Shown here piece by piece: positions 14,362 to 27,300 of a stretch of DNA of 64,000 nucleotides. Position 1 is the stretch's first letter. Each line of letters opens with the position of its first letter. The translations under genes and the position numbers were made by a program. The notes beneath the pieces were generated by a model. It was not told the origin of the DNA and made no database searches. It saw only the letters and a list, made by a program, of their open reading frames with translations. This stretch comes from Eledone cirrhosa (taxonomy: Eukaryota). The stretch is from NCBI GenBank assembly GCA_964016885.1, contig OZ024743.1, positions 38,068,001 through 38,132,000 on the forward strand. The letters run 5' to 3'.

Positions 14362-16580
14362 TCTAATAACTACTCAACTCCTAGCTAGTTGAGCTGAGTT
14401 GTATTAAGTCTGATTAAAAAGTTCCTGATTCTGAAAATATATTACGATATAGATTTTATCTGTTGAATCCGCAAAGCAGAATTCATTTAGTACATTTTCA
14501 ATATGAATTTGTTCTGAGATTTCAATTTGTAATAGAAGCTCATAATATTTACTACGTTATGGTAGATATATTTAATATGTCATTGGAATGTGGTTCATAT
14601 CTTTTCAATTAACATCTACGGCAGGTATTTCGATGTGTTTCTAATAGAATAATTATATGCTAAAGTGGTATACCTGTGCCGACAATAATGACGGCGATAA
14701 CGTAAAATTTTAGTATATAGTATTTTTAAGCCATATATTATATAACAGTGCTACTAGATATATCATCATTCAAATGAACTGGGTAACTTGAGTGTTGTTA
14801 CATGCATGGTTTACATAAGAATATTCCTACAGTTTAATCTGATTATTGACAGTGAAATGTATTAAAGATAAGAATGATATTTTAGTATTAAACATCAACG
14901 ATAAAATTACATGACTGTTCAAAATGTCTGTACAATTGTCATGTAAGTTTAAATGTATGTGTAAATGTGGAGAATATAACGGGACATATTTTGCGTTAGA
15001 TCCCAAACCATGTGATTGAAAATCGAACTAATTATTGTTGTAACGTGAATGACATATGAAATGCATTGTGTATGATGTGTTCATATCTGTTTTTATATAT
15101 TTCGAAGACGTACAGGTAACATATATATATGTATATAAATCAATTGAAAAATATTACCCTATGATTATAAAAAAATAATTAAATATATGAGGGTGAAAAC
15201 AACCCAAGAACGGATTATACACAGGACAGTCCATTCTTACCCAGCTATGATGATCCTTTTTTATATGAGTCACTACATTTATTATCTAATGTCTCCCTCG
15301 CCCATTCATTCTATATCAGAACGATGTAATTTGTGTTTGAGTTGCTTCTTATATTTGTGTTTGAGTTGCTTCTTAGTCGAGCGCCTATGACAGCGTATGG
15401 CAGTTATCTGCTGCTGAACTGCCAAACAATATATTTCCATCTTTAGAAAACATTGTCTCCTTCGCAAAGAACATTGTGTAAGTTGGAAGAAGAAATTTAA
15501 TTTTCTTTTCATGTTATATTGCTGTTTTTTCAGCTTTTTCCTTTTATATCACATTTTGTATTGACCCTTCTGGGAGAGACATATTCGATATATGCACACA
15601 CACACACACAAACACACACACATATATATATATATATATGTGTGAGTGTGTGTGTGTACATAGATATAAATAATCATATACATGCGTAAAGTTTGCAAGT
15701 CACGAACCTCATCAAAAGTAAAGTCAGCATCAGTATATTCCTAATTTAGTACCAGAAAAAAAATAAACATTGAATAATGACAGAGGAGACGCATACACGA
15801 ATATTACTATAGGATGTAAATGAAAGTCACATATACCTGGCACGTCGTCTTGTATCAAAAGCAAATGCCAATAACATGAATCAAAATTTGTGTAGCGAGA
15901 GCAACATGTTTCGATGCCATGAAACTCGATACCCGGATGGAGTGTTGGTGAGTCGTATTATGGTAGATATCTATTGTGTTTTTAAACCCAGTGAAGCCCA
16001 GCCTCACCAGGTCTGAACGCGGCCGATTACATCCAGAGATTTAGAAGAAAAAGAATGTGTGAGTGAAAATTAGAATATGGATCGAGTCCAGTTCTGGAAT
16101 TGTGTATTATTTATCAACCTCAGAAAGATTAAAGGCAAACATTATCATTGTCGAATTTCAACTTGAACATTTTTCAAAGTGAAAACACGTGTGTTGTTAG
16201 TCATTTTGGTAGATCCCACTTCAGAATGAGAGACATAATGATCGAGGAGAAAGAATATATGAGCATTGGATAGTGCAGGTTTGTTTGTATAAATATGTGG
16301 GGCTATGGATATTGTGTTGCGTGTCACTCCATGAGGCTGAAGGCGTTAATGTGGGGTCATAAACCAGATGAGCAGCGTAGGAAGTGACAGAGACTGAAAT
16401 GTTAAGTGTGGACAGGCAAACAAACATGTGTGTGCTAAACTTCACGCGCACACATGTGCAATCGGTCAACAATATATCGGTACACTTACACTCATAAAAC
16501 ACACAAGAATCTAGAGTAGTAGCACATGCATTAAAAGTTACCACATCCCATATCTTAGGCTTGGACGAAGAGGCCATAAA

Positions 16581-16905
16581 AAATAATGTTTCTACTTTTG
16601 GCACAAGGCCAGCAATTAGTCCAGTGCATTACTGGTGCTATATTTTATCAACCCCGTAAGGATGAAAGGCAAAGTTGACCTCGGCGGAATTTGAACTTAA
16701 GACCGTAAACAATAATGATTTCTAGTATAGGCACAAGGTCAGTAATTTGGGGAGGGGAAAGTCGATAAAATCGACCCCAGTACGTTACTGGTGCTTTATT
16801 TTATCGAGCCCGTAAGGATGAAAGGCAAAGTTTACCTCGGCGGGATTTAAACTTAGACCGTAAAGGACCGTACTCCATGCTGCAAATCATGGTGTCCGAC
16901 AAGGC
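16581..16905 (-). mobile_element. Two tandem partial copies of the tRNA-derived SINE
   Basis: Two consecutive GGCACAAGG...GTAAGGATGAAAGGCAAAG...CTCGGCGG units. Confidence 0.85.
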
Positions 16906-17299
16906 CGTAAAATATAAAGCAAACTATTAGATTTACAATGTTACAGTCACAAACCGCCGAACTCCGCAGAATGAAAATTATTGCCGACGTTGAGAGGCAT
17001 AAAACTGAGATGTCAAGCGGTGCCAAATTACATACTGTAGAATATTTTAATCTGACGCCAGGATAACTAGTACTAGGCTCACACAAAAACAACACCACAC
17101 GCAAGAGATGTGCTATTAGGGAGTAAATATTTGAGAGTCCTAATGTAAATTACATTGAAACTACACACAACAACAGCATAAATATACGTATATACATGTC
17201 TATTCATGCACATATACATACGCGAATATACACTAAAATATATTAAGAGGTGGAATATAAAGGAATATTATAAGTGGTGTGTGTAATGCGTATTTGCGT

Positions 17300-18100
17300 A
17301 TATCATGCATCAATGTGTGTGAGAGAGCGACAGTGAGTGTGAAATACATGTGGATTAGCAAGATAGTGGTGGCGAGCTTAGACCACCAGGGATGGTATTC
17401 TATGTCGAAATATCAATTATTAATCTGTCTTGATTCTTGTGGTCAGAGGTCTGTGGTGTGGTGGGAGGCCGGAATAGGAGACGTGATTTGCGGTGTAATT
17501 GAAAGAACAGATGCAACGGGTTCTTATTGAAAAAATGTATATCCCTCACATCATGTATGAATCACTCCGCTCGCTCTGACCTTTTTCCCAACGTATATAG
17601 GTTCGGAGAGCGCGAACGCCGGAGCGTATAGCTCGCATTGATAGCGGTACAGGTGAAATTGTGATGGATGTTGTAGGAATAATGGTCCATATCACTGTGG
17701 TTGGAAGCGTTGGCAAGTACTTGACAAGTTTTACAGCCGGACCAGGAATGGATGGAGTCCTAGCTGAGAACAGTTAGGAATTATGGACAAGAATTTCCTG
17801 GAGGTTACTGTTGGGCTTAATATCGAAGACAGATAGGTTGTGAAAGAGTAGGCAATTAACAGAATCAGAATAGAAGGTTCAGAAGAGTAATGACGAACAG
17901 TGCTAGGTGCGGGAAAGGGGTAATCGTTATATTAGGGAGAGGTTGGGTTAGAAATGGCTGATATATAGTCAATGCCTCGGGGATGGATAAGAGCTGCTGG
18001 GATAATAGCGGGTGTGGATTTTAAATAGAAAGATATCCTATAATCAGGAGTATGAGAGTTGGGGGTGGTGAAAGTAAGGGTGTGATGGAACGGAAAGAGA
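17300..18100 (-). mobile_element. Old decayed Penelope-like 3' fragment (linker + GIY-YIG)
   Basis: Minus-strand remnants KPNSNLQEILVHNS, GCKTCQVL and HHNFTCTAINASY...LY occur in PLE order. Confidence 0.6.
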
Positions 18101-18985
18101 CCAATTGTTCACGAGAAAGAGAGAGAGAATGAGAGAGAGAGAGAGGGTGAGAAAGAGAGTGAGAGCGAGTGAGAGTGAGAGAGAACGAGAGCTAGAGAGA
18201 AAGAGATATGAAGTGGTGCCGATACTATCATCAATATAACGACTTTTTACTGTACGATATTAAAATATATCTTTCGTTAGTAATGTATGAAACTTCACCA
18301 TAAATAAATGGTTATTAATATGCTGCTGTAGTACAGAGACCGTATTAAATGTATGATGGTTGGTTTAGGCCAACAAATTTTCATATATATTGATATTACC
18401 ACACACAGTATGTAAAAATTGTGTGGGTCCATATAAAATAATTTGTGAATTACGAACACCAAGAGAGTTATCTATTTCAATGTATCTAAAATATATGTAG
18501 AGTAGGAAGACTTTTGCAGATAAAGGACAACTATGTTGGAACGAACAAAAGAAATAAAAATCATTTCAACTAATTGAAAGTCTCAAGTAAATTGAATGTT
18601 TTCAGATCATAGTTTATAGGAGTAACGGGACTGGAGGAATATTATCTGGAAAGAGTAATTTTTTTTTTTGTTAATTAATGTTCTCGGTAGACATAATTAT
18701 GATTCAACTACTTAGACCACGGTAAGGGAGATATGCTGAGAGAGCCAGTCGAATTAGTTCTCTCTTTGAAGGATTGTTGGTAAGCTCTGCAATACGTAGA
18801 TTGTCTAGGCGGGAAGGAAAATGCAATCAACACACATGCGCACTGGGGCAGTTATTAGCAGTTTAGATGTATAGCTTGAGAAGCTAAGAATTAAGTATCA
18901 GGACAGGATTGTTGTAGAAAACAGTCTTTCTAAGAACATCAATAATTTAAAGAAGGATGTTGGATAATTAAAGGAGAATGAATGA

Positions 18986-19131
18986 CCCCAGTGCATTACT
19001 GGTGCTTTATTTTAACGAGCCGTAAGGATGAAAGGCAAACCTAACCTCAGCATGATTTGAACTCACAACGTTAAGGGTCGTACGGTTAAGCAGCAAAGCA
19101 TGTTGCTCGGCCCTTTACCGATACTGCCAAT
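18986..19131 (-). mobile_element. tRNA-derived SINE, partial
   Basis: Same family motifs as 2169-2362. Confidence 0.8.
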
Positions 19132-19434
19132 TAAATAAAATTAAAATCAAGGAAAATAAGAATAACTATAAATAAAGAAAAATAACAATAAATATTAAAA
19201 AAGGGGTTGCAAGTGAGGGAGAAAAGAAGGAAAATGGAAGGGATAAATGGAGGAAAAAAGTCTTTAGAAGAGGTTTCCTTCCAGCTATGATTTTTCATTT
19301 TATCTCGTAGTGTGTATATGTGTGTTTGGTTGTACGTGTTTACATACAGGTGTGTGTGTAAATTGGTTATTCCTATCCAAAGGTAAACATGTGGTTGAGT
19401 GCTTACGTCTGATTAAACACAGATTATATCTCTC

Positions 19435-20185
19435 TAGGGTGGGTAAAATTCCCGAGATCCATGGGCAAGTTCTCTCCAACGGTCTCTGTCCCTCATTATC
19501 ACTGCCATATCCTGCGTCTCCAAGAGACCAGTGTCTGTCCTTCGGGCATCAACATATGTTAACATCGGTCTTCCTCTTCCAGTGTGTCCATCCAGGGGCT
19601 GAGTGCAGTGTCAACTCTGGAAGTCGGTGAGCATGTCCAGCTAACCTCAGTCTCCTCTGTGCTATTCTGGAGCTGACTTTCGGGAGTCTACTGTAGATCT
19701 CTGAGTTCTTTATCCTCAGTGTATACTCATTAATATTCAGAGCTATCCTCAGTATTCTCGTGTAGCACCCATCCACCAACGAAGAGACGGATCTTGTCTT
19801 TACGAAGGTCCTACTTCCACACCGATCTGAAGCTGTGGCACGCCGCCCAGGCTTTGCTCTTCCTCTCAACCACATCATCTTCCGTATTCCCAATCTTTGC
19901 TCTCAAATACAGGAAGTCCTCAACCAATTCTAGCGGCTTCCCGCCTACATTAGTAATCTTCTCTGGCTTCTTAATATTCTGTAGCAGATACTTCGTCTTA
20001 ATCTCATTCATTCTCAGCCCCACACTCATCGACAGAGACTCCACCTCCAGCATCAACCCCTCTGCCTTCTTCACTGTGTTTGTGACCAGAACTATGCCAT
20101 CGGCAAATTTAGCATCCGATATCTGTTTCACTTAACTCTCCTGCTCTGAGCCGGTGTTACAGGAAAGCCAGAGCCCTGGTGTTTC
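19435..20185 (-). mobile_element. 5'-truncated RTE-clade LINE fragment (RT C-terminus and 3' end)
   Basis: FADGIVL..VGLRMN..KTKY..VEDFLYL..AWAACHSFRSVWK and DGCYTRILR..RRLRLAGHAHR. The 3' end is shared with 54455-54585. Confidence 0.85.
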
Positions 20186-20351
20186 TCCAGCGCAAGGCGC
20201 ATACAATAATCCAGTTTTCATTTTATGTGTTTATTTTATATATGTATACGATTTTTAATTTAATGCACACTCAGACACACACACACACACACAGACACAG
20301 ACACCCCCCCCCCCCCCACACACACACACAGAGACACACACACACGCACGC

Positions 20352-20388
<37 letters not shown>

Positions 20389-23314
20389 AATATATATATA
20401 TATATATATACCTGTGTGTGTGTGTGTGCTTGCAAGGTAATAGTACACATAACTCTTAATCTCGATAACATTACTGAAAATATATGTTTACATTTGTCTG
20501 ACAGGGAATTATTTTTATCAATAATGTCCTACTATGTCCTCCATTATATATTTTGAATACCCAATATAATATCTTAGTATACAAATGTTTAAGAAATGTC
20601 CTCAGTACTTTAGCAATATATCTACAGAGAAATAATATAATTGCTAATCTTATGTTTGCAATCTTATATTGAAGGCGTAACATGTGAAGCACTATAATGA
20701 GGTGGCTCATTATTTCATTTATACAATTGGAATCATTAAATAGAACAATTTATGTTAACTATGTCGTATAGACACTATGTAATTACACTTGATGGCGTAT
20801 CAGACAGATTATCTTGATAGTATTTCTTTTAGATTCAGTGCTCAATGTAGGTGTGAATTTTGCGATTCTTTCTCCATGGCTGTTACACTAGATGAATATC
20901 AGTCCAGTACTGAAGGTGAAATTTTAGACTGTGTGCTAATGCATGTCTCATATGAGTAGTGATCTTTTGGGTTGTTTATAGATAGGCAATTGACAATTGT
21001 ATAACTATTTGTACCCAGGAGATTCAAATGTTAACAGCATTATTAAAATACCATCTGAATTATGTGTTGACATATTTTTAGGATAGAAAATAAATATAGC
21101 AAAAGAATATTCATAGATCTATAGAAAGTCACAGTATATATATAATCATATTCACAAAATTCTTAGCACTGTCAGCAAAGATATTATTTGCTGGAAACTT
21201 TTATCTGATTCAGAAAAGAGTTGTAATTATATTTTAAATAGGAAACTACAATTTCTCACCTATGAATTTAATATTGCCATTTTGCCTTGTAAAATATAGA
21301 AACATAATTTGATAGCGTAATCGTAAGATTGCCAGGAGCTTTGTACAATATATGTATAAATGTTTGATTTCATAATAGAACATATATTGTTTTATAAGTG
21401 GGGATTTTAATAGCACGCCGTTTCGCTTTGGAAGTATGCATCAATTACAAATGATATAAAACATAAGTATAGTTCAGAAATGCAGTAAATGTGAATGGAC
21501 TGTTTTATCTAACATGTAACATATCTACGTGTGATCCATTGAATTGATTTAGTGGTATAAAGCAGTCAGTTTACTTCACCAATAAATAAATATTCTTATC
21601 TGAATTTATAATTTTTCTCTCTGAAATTAAAGTCGTAGTTAACAGACATGGTTTTTGCAGCCATTATATTTATATATGGCATTTCTTTGTGATGGTCTAC
21701 TTGTAAACAATGTCCCCTCTATATTTTATATTCGCGGATAAAATACTCTGCTGTGGATAAAAACATTTAGTTGATCTATGTAAAACATTAAAGATTGAAC
21801 CTAGAGATTTAATACTTTTATCTGGAATGATTTCCTAACACAACCATTGGCATGGGTATACGTACAAATATTCGTTCGTGATATCATTATTAAAAAAACA
21901 TAGCATACTAAACATAAATATGATAAATAAATCTATATTTGTACTTTCGCTATTTTGACAAGCAAAGCAAAAGGAAGCCAGCATAACGATATAATTAGGA
22001 ACAGACTCCATTTTACATAACATACTTGAAACAAAGGTATTATATCCATTTCTGTATCTGCAGTAGATATACATATTTAATGTTGCTGATAGTAAGATTT
22101 TATGAAGCTAGTACTAATGCTTTGGAAGCATGTATATTCCATATAAGAAGAATATATAAGCAGTAGAAGATAAATCGATAGTTATGAAATACAATTTATA
22201 TTGTTATATATGTATGGATACATAACGTTGAATTTATATGAAAAACAGAGAAGCGTAATTATACTAGAGTTTTGAGATTCACAAGAAAAAAAAAACATCA
22301 TTTCTCTCTACACAATTAACACAATTCTCTACGAAATAGTCATAATAAAGAAGAAATGTTGAGACATCTCCAATGTGGAGGCGTCGTGTTATTATAACAC
22401 AAACACAGAATAGTCATTAGTACGAGAAACAGTATTTTGCAATATTTGTCCCTCTTGGTCAACTTTGCAGTCCATAATTTCAGGACTGCTAGAGTTATTA
22501 GGATTTCGGGCTAGACGACACGCTCTGTTTGATGGGGCTCTTTTATTTCTGAGTTCACAAAACGATGTGGCTGACATTGTCGTTAGATGTAATGTGTTGC
22601 TTGTTTGGTCATTAGATGTTTTTCGTGGTATCCATTCTACTGCAAGCAAATTGATAGTTTGAATTTTGATGGCACCTTCCTACCTTTCCTATGTATCTTG
22701 GAGGCTCTGAAAAAAATCAAAAGCACACATCATCCCTTCATCCTCAGATTTAAAAGAAAACAAAAATAAAGGATTACTTTTGATTTTTGCAAGAGAGTAA
22801 TACATACTATGATATGCTAGAGCATCTCGTATATCAATGATTCAATGTTGTTGCATCTGCGTTAGTGACACTTTCAAAATTTTGAAATGACGTAAATTTC
22901 AAGGCAAAGTCGTTATTGCGGTTAGATTAAAATTATTAGTGGTGTTTGTTCCAGGTTCCTGCCGTAATCAACTTTACCATTAATCCTTTAGGACATGTTG
23001 TACAATTACAAATGCAGGGCATTGGGTTGACGGAATTTTAGTGCCTTGTGGTACTTCTTTCGGATCTTGGTCATTTTGAATTCATCTGAAATGTCAAGGG
23101 AATATATTTCTTAGCATGGATGACAGCTAGTCTTTCACAAAACATTTGCTCTGGATTGCACCCGCAAATTACGCAATGTCAACTTTTAAAATATCCCTAG
23201 AGAGGTACAGATTTTAAAAGTATTCCTACATAGATCCAGACTGTGACTTACAGCAAATAAAGTGCTCGATGAATTCTTTGCAGTTTTCATTTCATCTTTC
23301 TGGATTATATCTGC

Positions 23315-23371
23315 GTCCAGAGATAGCCGTCGAAACGGCTTGAACTCTGCCGTCGGAGTTATACACTTTTT

Positions 23372-23375
<4 letters not shown>
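23315..23375. mobile_element. Single-arm remnant of the ~200-bp hairpin element family
   Basis: GTCCAGAGATAGCCGTCGAAACGGCTTGAACTCTGCCGTCGG matches one arm of 23468-23670. Confidence 0.75.
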
Positions 23376-23411
<36 letters not shown>

Positions 23412-23467
23412 CATATATATATATAATATATATTATATAAATTATATTTATATATATATATATATAT

Positions 23468-23669
23468 AGGAACCAGTAAGACCCCGGCGGCTGAGCTCAA
23501 GCCGTTTCGGCGGCTAATTCTGGACTAAATTAGTCCAGAATTAGCCGTCGAAACGGCTTGAGCTCAGCCGTCGGGGTCTTACTGGTTCCTATTACCCAAT
23601 CTACTACCCTAAGTATTGAGTACTTTGGTGCGTTATGGTCCACCTGGTTCCTTACCACATTTCCTTCGT

Positions 23670-23670
<1 letters not shown>
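23468..23670. mobile_element. ~200-bp hairpin-plus-tail element inserted in (TA)n
   Basis: Near-perfect ~60-bp inverted arms, then an ~80-bp tail ending CCACATTTCCTTCGTTA. Copies at 27108, 33490 and 49511. Confidence 0.85.
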
Positions 23671-23698
<28 letters not shown>

Positions 23699-23700
<2 letters not shown>

Positions 23701-24309
23701 AAGATAAATATAAAATGAAAGTGCTTTCATAAAGAATGTATTAGGTATTGACATATGTTTCTGTAACAGACGGAATACCTATGTATCGCTGCTTGCGTAA
23801 TCATATAATGTTACCAAGTATTCGATAACAAATGTATAATCAGTTGTCACTTCTTCAGAGATATTGGATAAATTGGAAAAAATCAGAAAAATTGAAGTAT
23901 TTATATTAGTTGTAAGAAAGGAAGAGAGGGGATAGTATATGACAGATGGCAATTCAATTTACTGGTAAAGAAGTATATAAAAGGTTTTTAATGAGAATAC
24001 AATGAGTATATGGCTTATTGTATTCTCATTAAAAAACTTTTGTAAATTGAATTGCCATCTGTCATATACTATCCCCTCTCTTCTTCCTTTCTTACAACTA
24101 ATATAAATACTTCAATTTTTCTGATTTTTTCCAATTTATCCAATATCTCTGAAGAAGTGACAACTGATTATATATTTGCTATCGAATACTTACTAACATT
24201 ATATGATTACGCAAGCAACGATACATAGGTATTCCGTCTGTTACAGAAACATATGTCAATACCTAATAAATTCCTTTATGAAAGCACTTTCATTTTATAT
24301 TCATCTTTT
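23699..24309. repeat. Long fold-back, ~300-bp arms, apex ~24003-24015
   Basis: The arms are reverse complements with scattered mismatches; flanked by (TA)n. Confidence 0.92.
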
Positions 24310-24415
24310 ACACATTTTCTCCGGAATATAATTTATACTCGTTCAGCAAACCTACACGTACGCTGTTCATCTCTAACGTGACGATATATTATCACGACAT
24401 AATTGATAACTTGAA

Positions 24416-24459
<44 letters not shown>

Positions 24460-25053
24460 CTGACAAGGGGCTAATTTTATCATATGTAACCCATGTGCAA
24501 CCACGCAGTTTTCTTCTTTCTTCTCATGTTTTTTATACATATTTACCTTGGCTGCGTTTGTCTGTTTCTCTCTAACTACTTCCTCGTTCTCCCTGTTTCT
24601 CTCACCTTCTTTAGCCCCCTCAGTTAGTTACCTTTCTCTCGACTGACCTCTTCCTCGCACTTCCACTCATTCACTCTCTGTTTCTGCCCTTCTCACTTCC
24701 TCCCGTTTGGCTAGTAGTGGGGTCTTTTCTTGCTCACATCTCACTCACACGGACGGTCTGTATCTTCATCGCTCATGAAATCCACCCAGCTTATGCTGAC
24801 CGGATAACCATGTTGCTTATTTATTTTCCTATCTTCGGTTTGCTTTTATCCTTCTATGTTGTTTACTTGTCTCACTCGCTTTACGCGATTTACTTGTCCT
24901 AATAGCTTTTTTTAGTTATTGCTCGCACCAACCTGAGGTATAAGTGATGTTTAATGCGATGAAATATCAATGATGGTTGGCAAATAACTGACGAGGGACT
25001 AATTTTATCATATGTAACCCATGGGCAACCACACAGTTTTCTTCTTTCTTCTC

Positions 25054-25060
<7 letters not shown>
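24460..25060 (+). mobile_element. (TA)n-flanked element with ~75-bp terminal direct repeat (period ~528 bp)
   Basis: CTGACRAGGGRCTAATTTTATCATATGTAACCCATG...CTCATGTTTT occurs at 24460 and 24988. Confidence 0.75.
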
Positions 25061-25115
<55 letters not shown>

Positions 25116-25165
25116 CATATATATATAATATATATATTATATAAATTATATTTATATATATAATA

Positions 25166-25205
<40 letters not shown>

Positions 25206-25267
25206 ATATATCTACTATTATTATTATATATATATATATATTATATATAATATATATATATATATTT

Positions 25268-25500
25268 TATTATAAATGTAAGCTATCGCCGTATTTTGAC
25301 TAAAACAATTAAATAAATTATTTAGCCTGATAGTGGGGATAAGAACCCTCGGAGAAATGGAAAAAGATGAGTATTGACATACATGGGACGTCAATACTCA
25401 TCTTTTTCCAGTTCTCCGTGGGTTCTTAACCCCACTATCAGGCTAAATAATTTCATTAATTTCTTTAGTCAAAATACGGCGATAGCTTACATTTATAATA
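25268..25500. repeat. Fold-back, ~110-bp arms, in (TA)n
   Basis: TATTATAAATGTAAGCTATCGCCG... pairs with ...CGGCGATAGCTTACATTTATAATA. Confidence 0.92.
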
Positions 25501-25538
25501 ATTTCAAAGCCGCTCGCTGTTTCGAAAATATTCTTACT

Positions 25539-25574
<36 letters not shown>

Positions 25575-25777
25575 AATAAATATATATATATATATAGATA
25601 TATAGGCATTCTGGGTTTGCGGTCAGGGTTTTGGACTCATAGCCGTAAGGCTATAAGTGGGAGAAACAAGAAGACGAGACAAATGAGATGCGTTGGGGCT
25701 GGGTAAATTAAAACATTACTTACTTACTTACTTGCTTAGTTACAGATATAATATGGATATAAACACATATATATAGT

Positions 25778-25823
25778 CTAACAAAGTTCTTTCGTTGCAC
25801 ATCTGAAACATCATCAGTCGTAG
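25778..25823 (-). ncRNA. Partly decayed type I hammerhead
   Basis: CTGATGA-T-GTTTCA GATG TGCAAC-GAAAG AA CTT; stem I is imperfect. Confidence 0.5.
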
Positions 25824-26457
25824 TATTATGTTTCCTCCCATTGTATTGTACTGTAATGTCTACGCCATATTTTATTTGATAGATAATATATATATATATT
25901 TATTTATATCTGTATTTTTAACCGATAAAGTTGATCGATAGTGTAACATATGTAATATGTAATTAAATATGTATATGATGCAACACTCATTCTTTCTTCC
26001 ATTATATATATATATTACATATGTTTCACTATCGATCAACTTGAGGTACGATCGTTTAATAATTGAACCTGCCTCTGGAATCTGAAGCGCTAAGAGTGGT
26101 TGGATATTATCCCATTTCATTCTTTTATGCTGCCACATACGCGGGCAAAGGAGTGTATCATGATCGCATATAGTAGCTATTACCGCTATCCGTGGTCGAG
26201 TTGGCCTATCCATACTTGAGTGGTGTCACGTCTGCCTAAAGTCTGCTGCTATAGACTTTAAAGTAAGCAGTAAGGAGGTAAAGTGTACAAGAATCCGAAA
26301 GTAAAAAAATAAAAAGGTAAACCACTGATTTTTTTTATTCCTTCACATATTATTATTATTGATAGTTTGCTCCCTAGGAGCACTGATTGGTCATTCTGCA
26401 TACTGCCTACGGACGCAATTAATTTGCACCTGTATTACCTGTATTATATATATATAT

Positions 26458-26780
26458 AAGAGAGTATTGAAGTTTGCTTGAAGCATTGTGCAATAATAAG
26501 ATTTATTTTCTATTGGTCGTTTTGGAAGCCTCAACAATGCAGATGTGTAAGTCTCCGTGTAACAGGATCTGGTGGTGAAGAGAGAGATGTAAGAGAATGT
26601 AGAATGAGATGTATCGTGTGTAGATAGAAACGTAGGAAACACGAGATAGAGTTACCTTGGGAGAGATTTAATCGTCCCTATATTTCGGATTCGCATCCAT
26701 CAACTGGTGGGTTTTCAATGAAGTTATCTGTCGGAGAGGAACGGTACGTGTCCTCTGCTGTTCGCTGTTTGTGACTAACA
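26458..26780 (-). mobile_element. Solo pseudo-LTR of a Penelope subfamily related to the 57-61 kb element
   Basis: Encodes the same ORF start MLQANFNTLL and shares the TTGAT-stem-GAAATAT motif and TCTGCATTGTTG; flanked by (TA)n. Confidence 0.8.
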
Positions 26781-27107
26781 TATATATATATTGGGAAATT
26801 TAGATCAATTCCATGCTATAGGCAGAAAAGTCAACGCAAAATTTCGATGCGATTTCCTTTAAAACTTCTCAACGACTGCGATACCACGTGGCAGGAAAAT
26901 TTGATTTGGAGCATATCATAGTCATTTTTTGAAGTAAAGCAGCTCTCATAGAAAGAACAGGCGGATAACAATCAAACAAATTTAACTATCCCAACCATTT
27001 AACAAAGAAAAATGTTATATACATACAATTGTTATTTACCTGGATCGATATATTCTGGTTTTACCCTCCGAAAATATTTGCCAACCACACGTATTGAATA
27101 TATATAT

Positions 27108-27300
27108 AGGAAAAGATATGACCCCGACGGCAGAGCTCAAGCCGTTTCTACGGCTATTTCTAGTCCAGAAATAGCCGTCGAAACGGCTTGAGCTCTGCCG
27201 TCGGGGTCGTACGTTTTCCTATAACCCACTCTACTACCCTAAGTATTGAGTACTCTGGTGCGTTATGGGCCATCTGGTTCCTTACCACAATTCCTTCGGT
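27108..27300. mobile_element. ~200-bp hairpin-plus-tail element
   Basis: Same family as 23468-23670. Confidence 0.85.
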
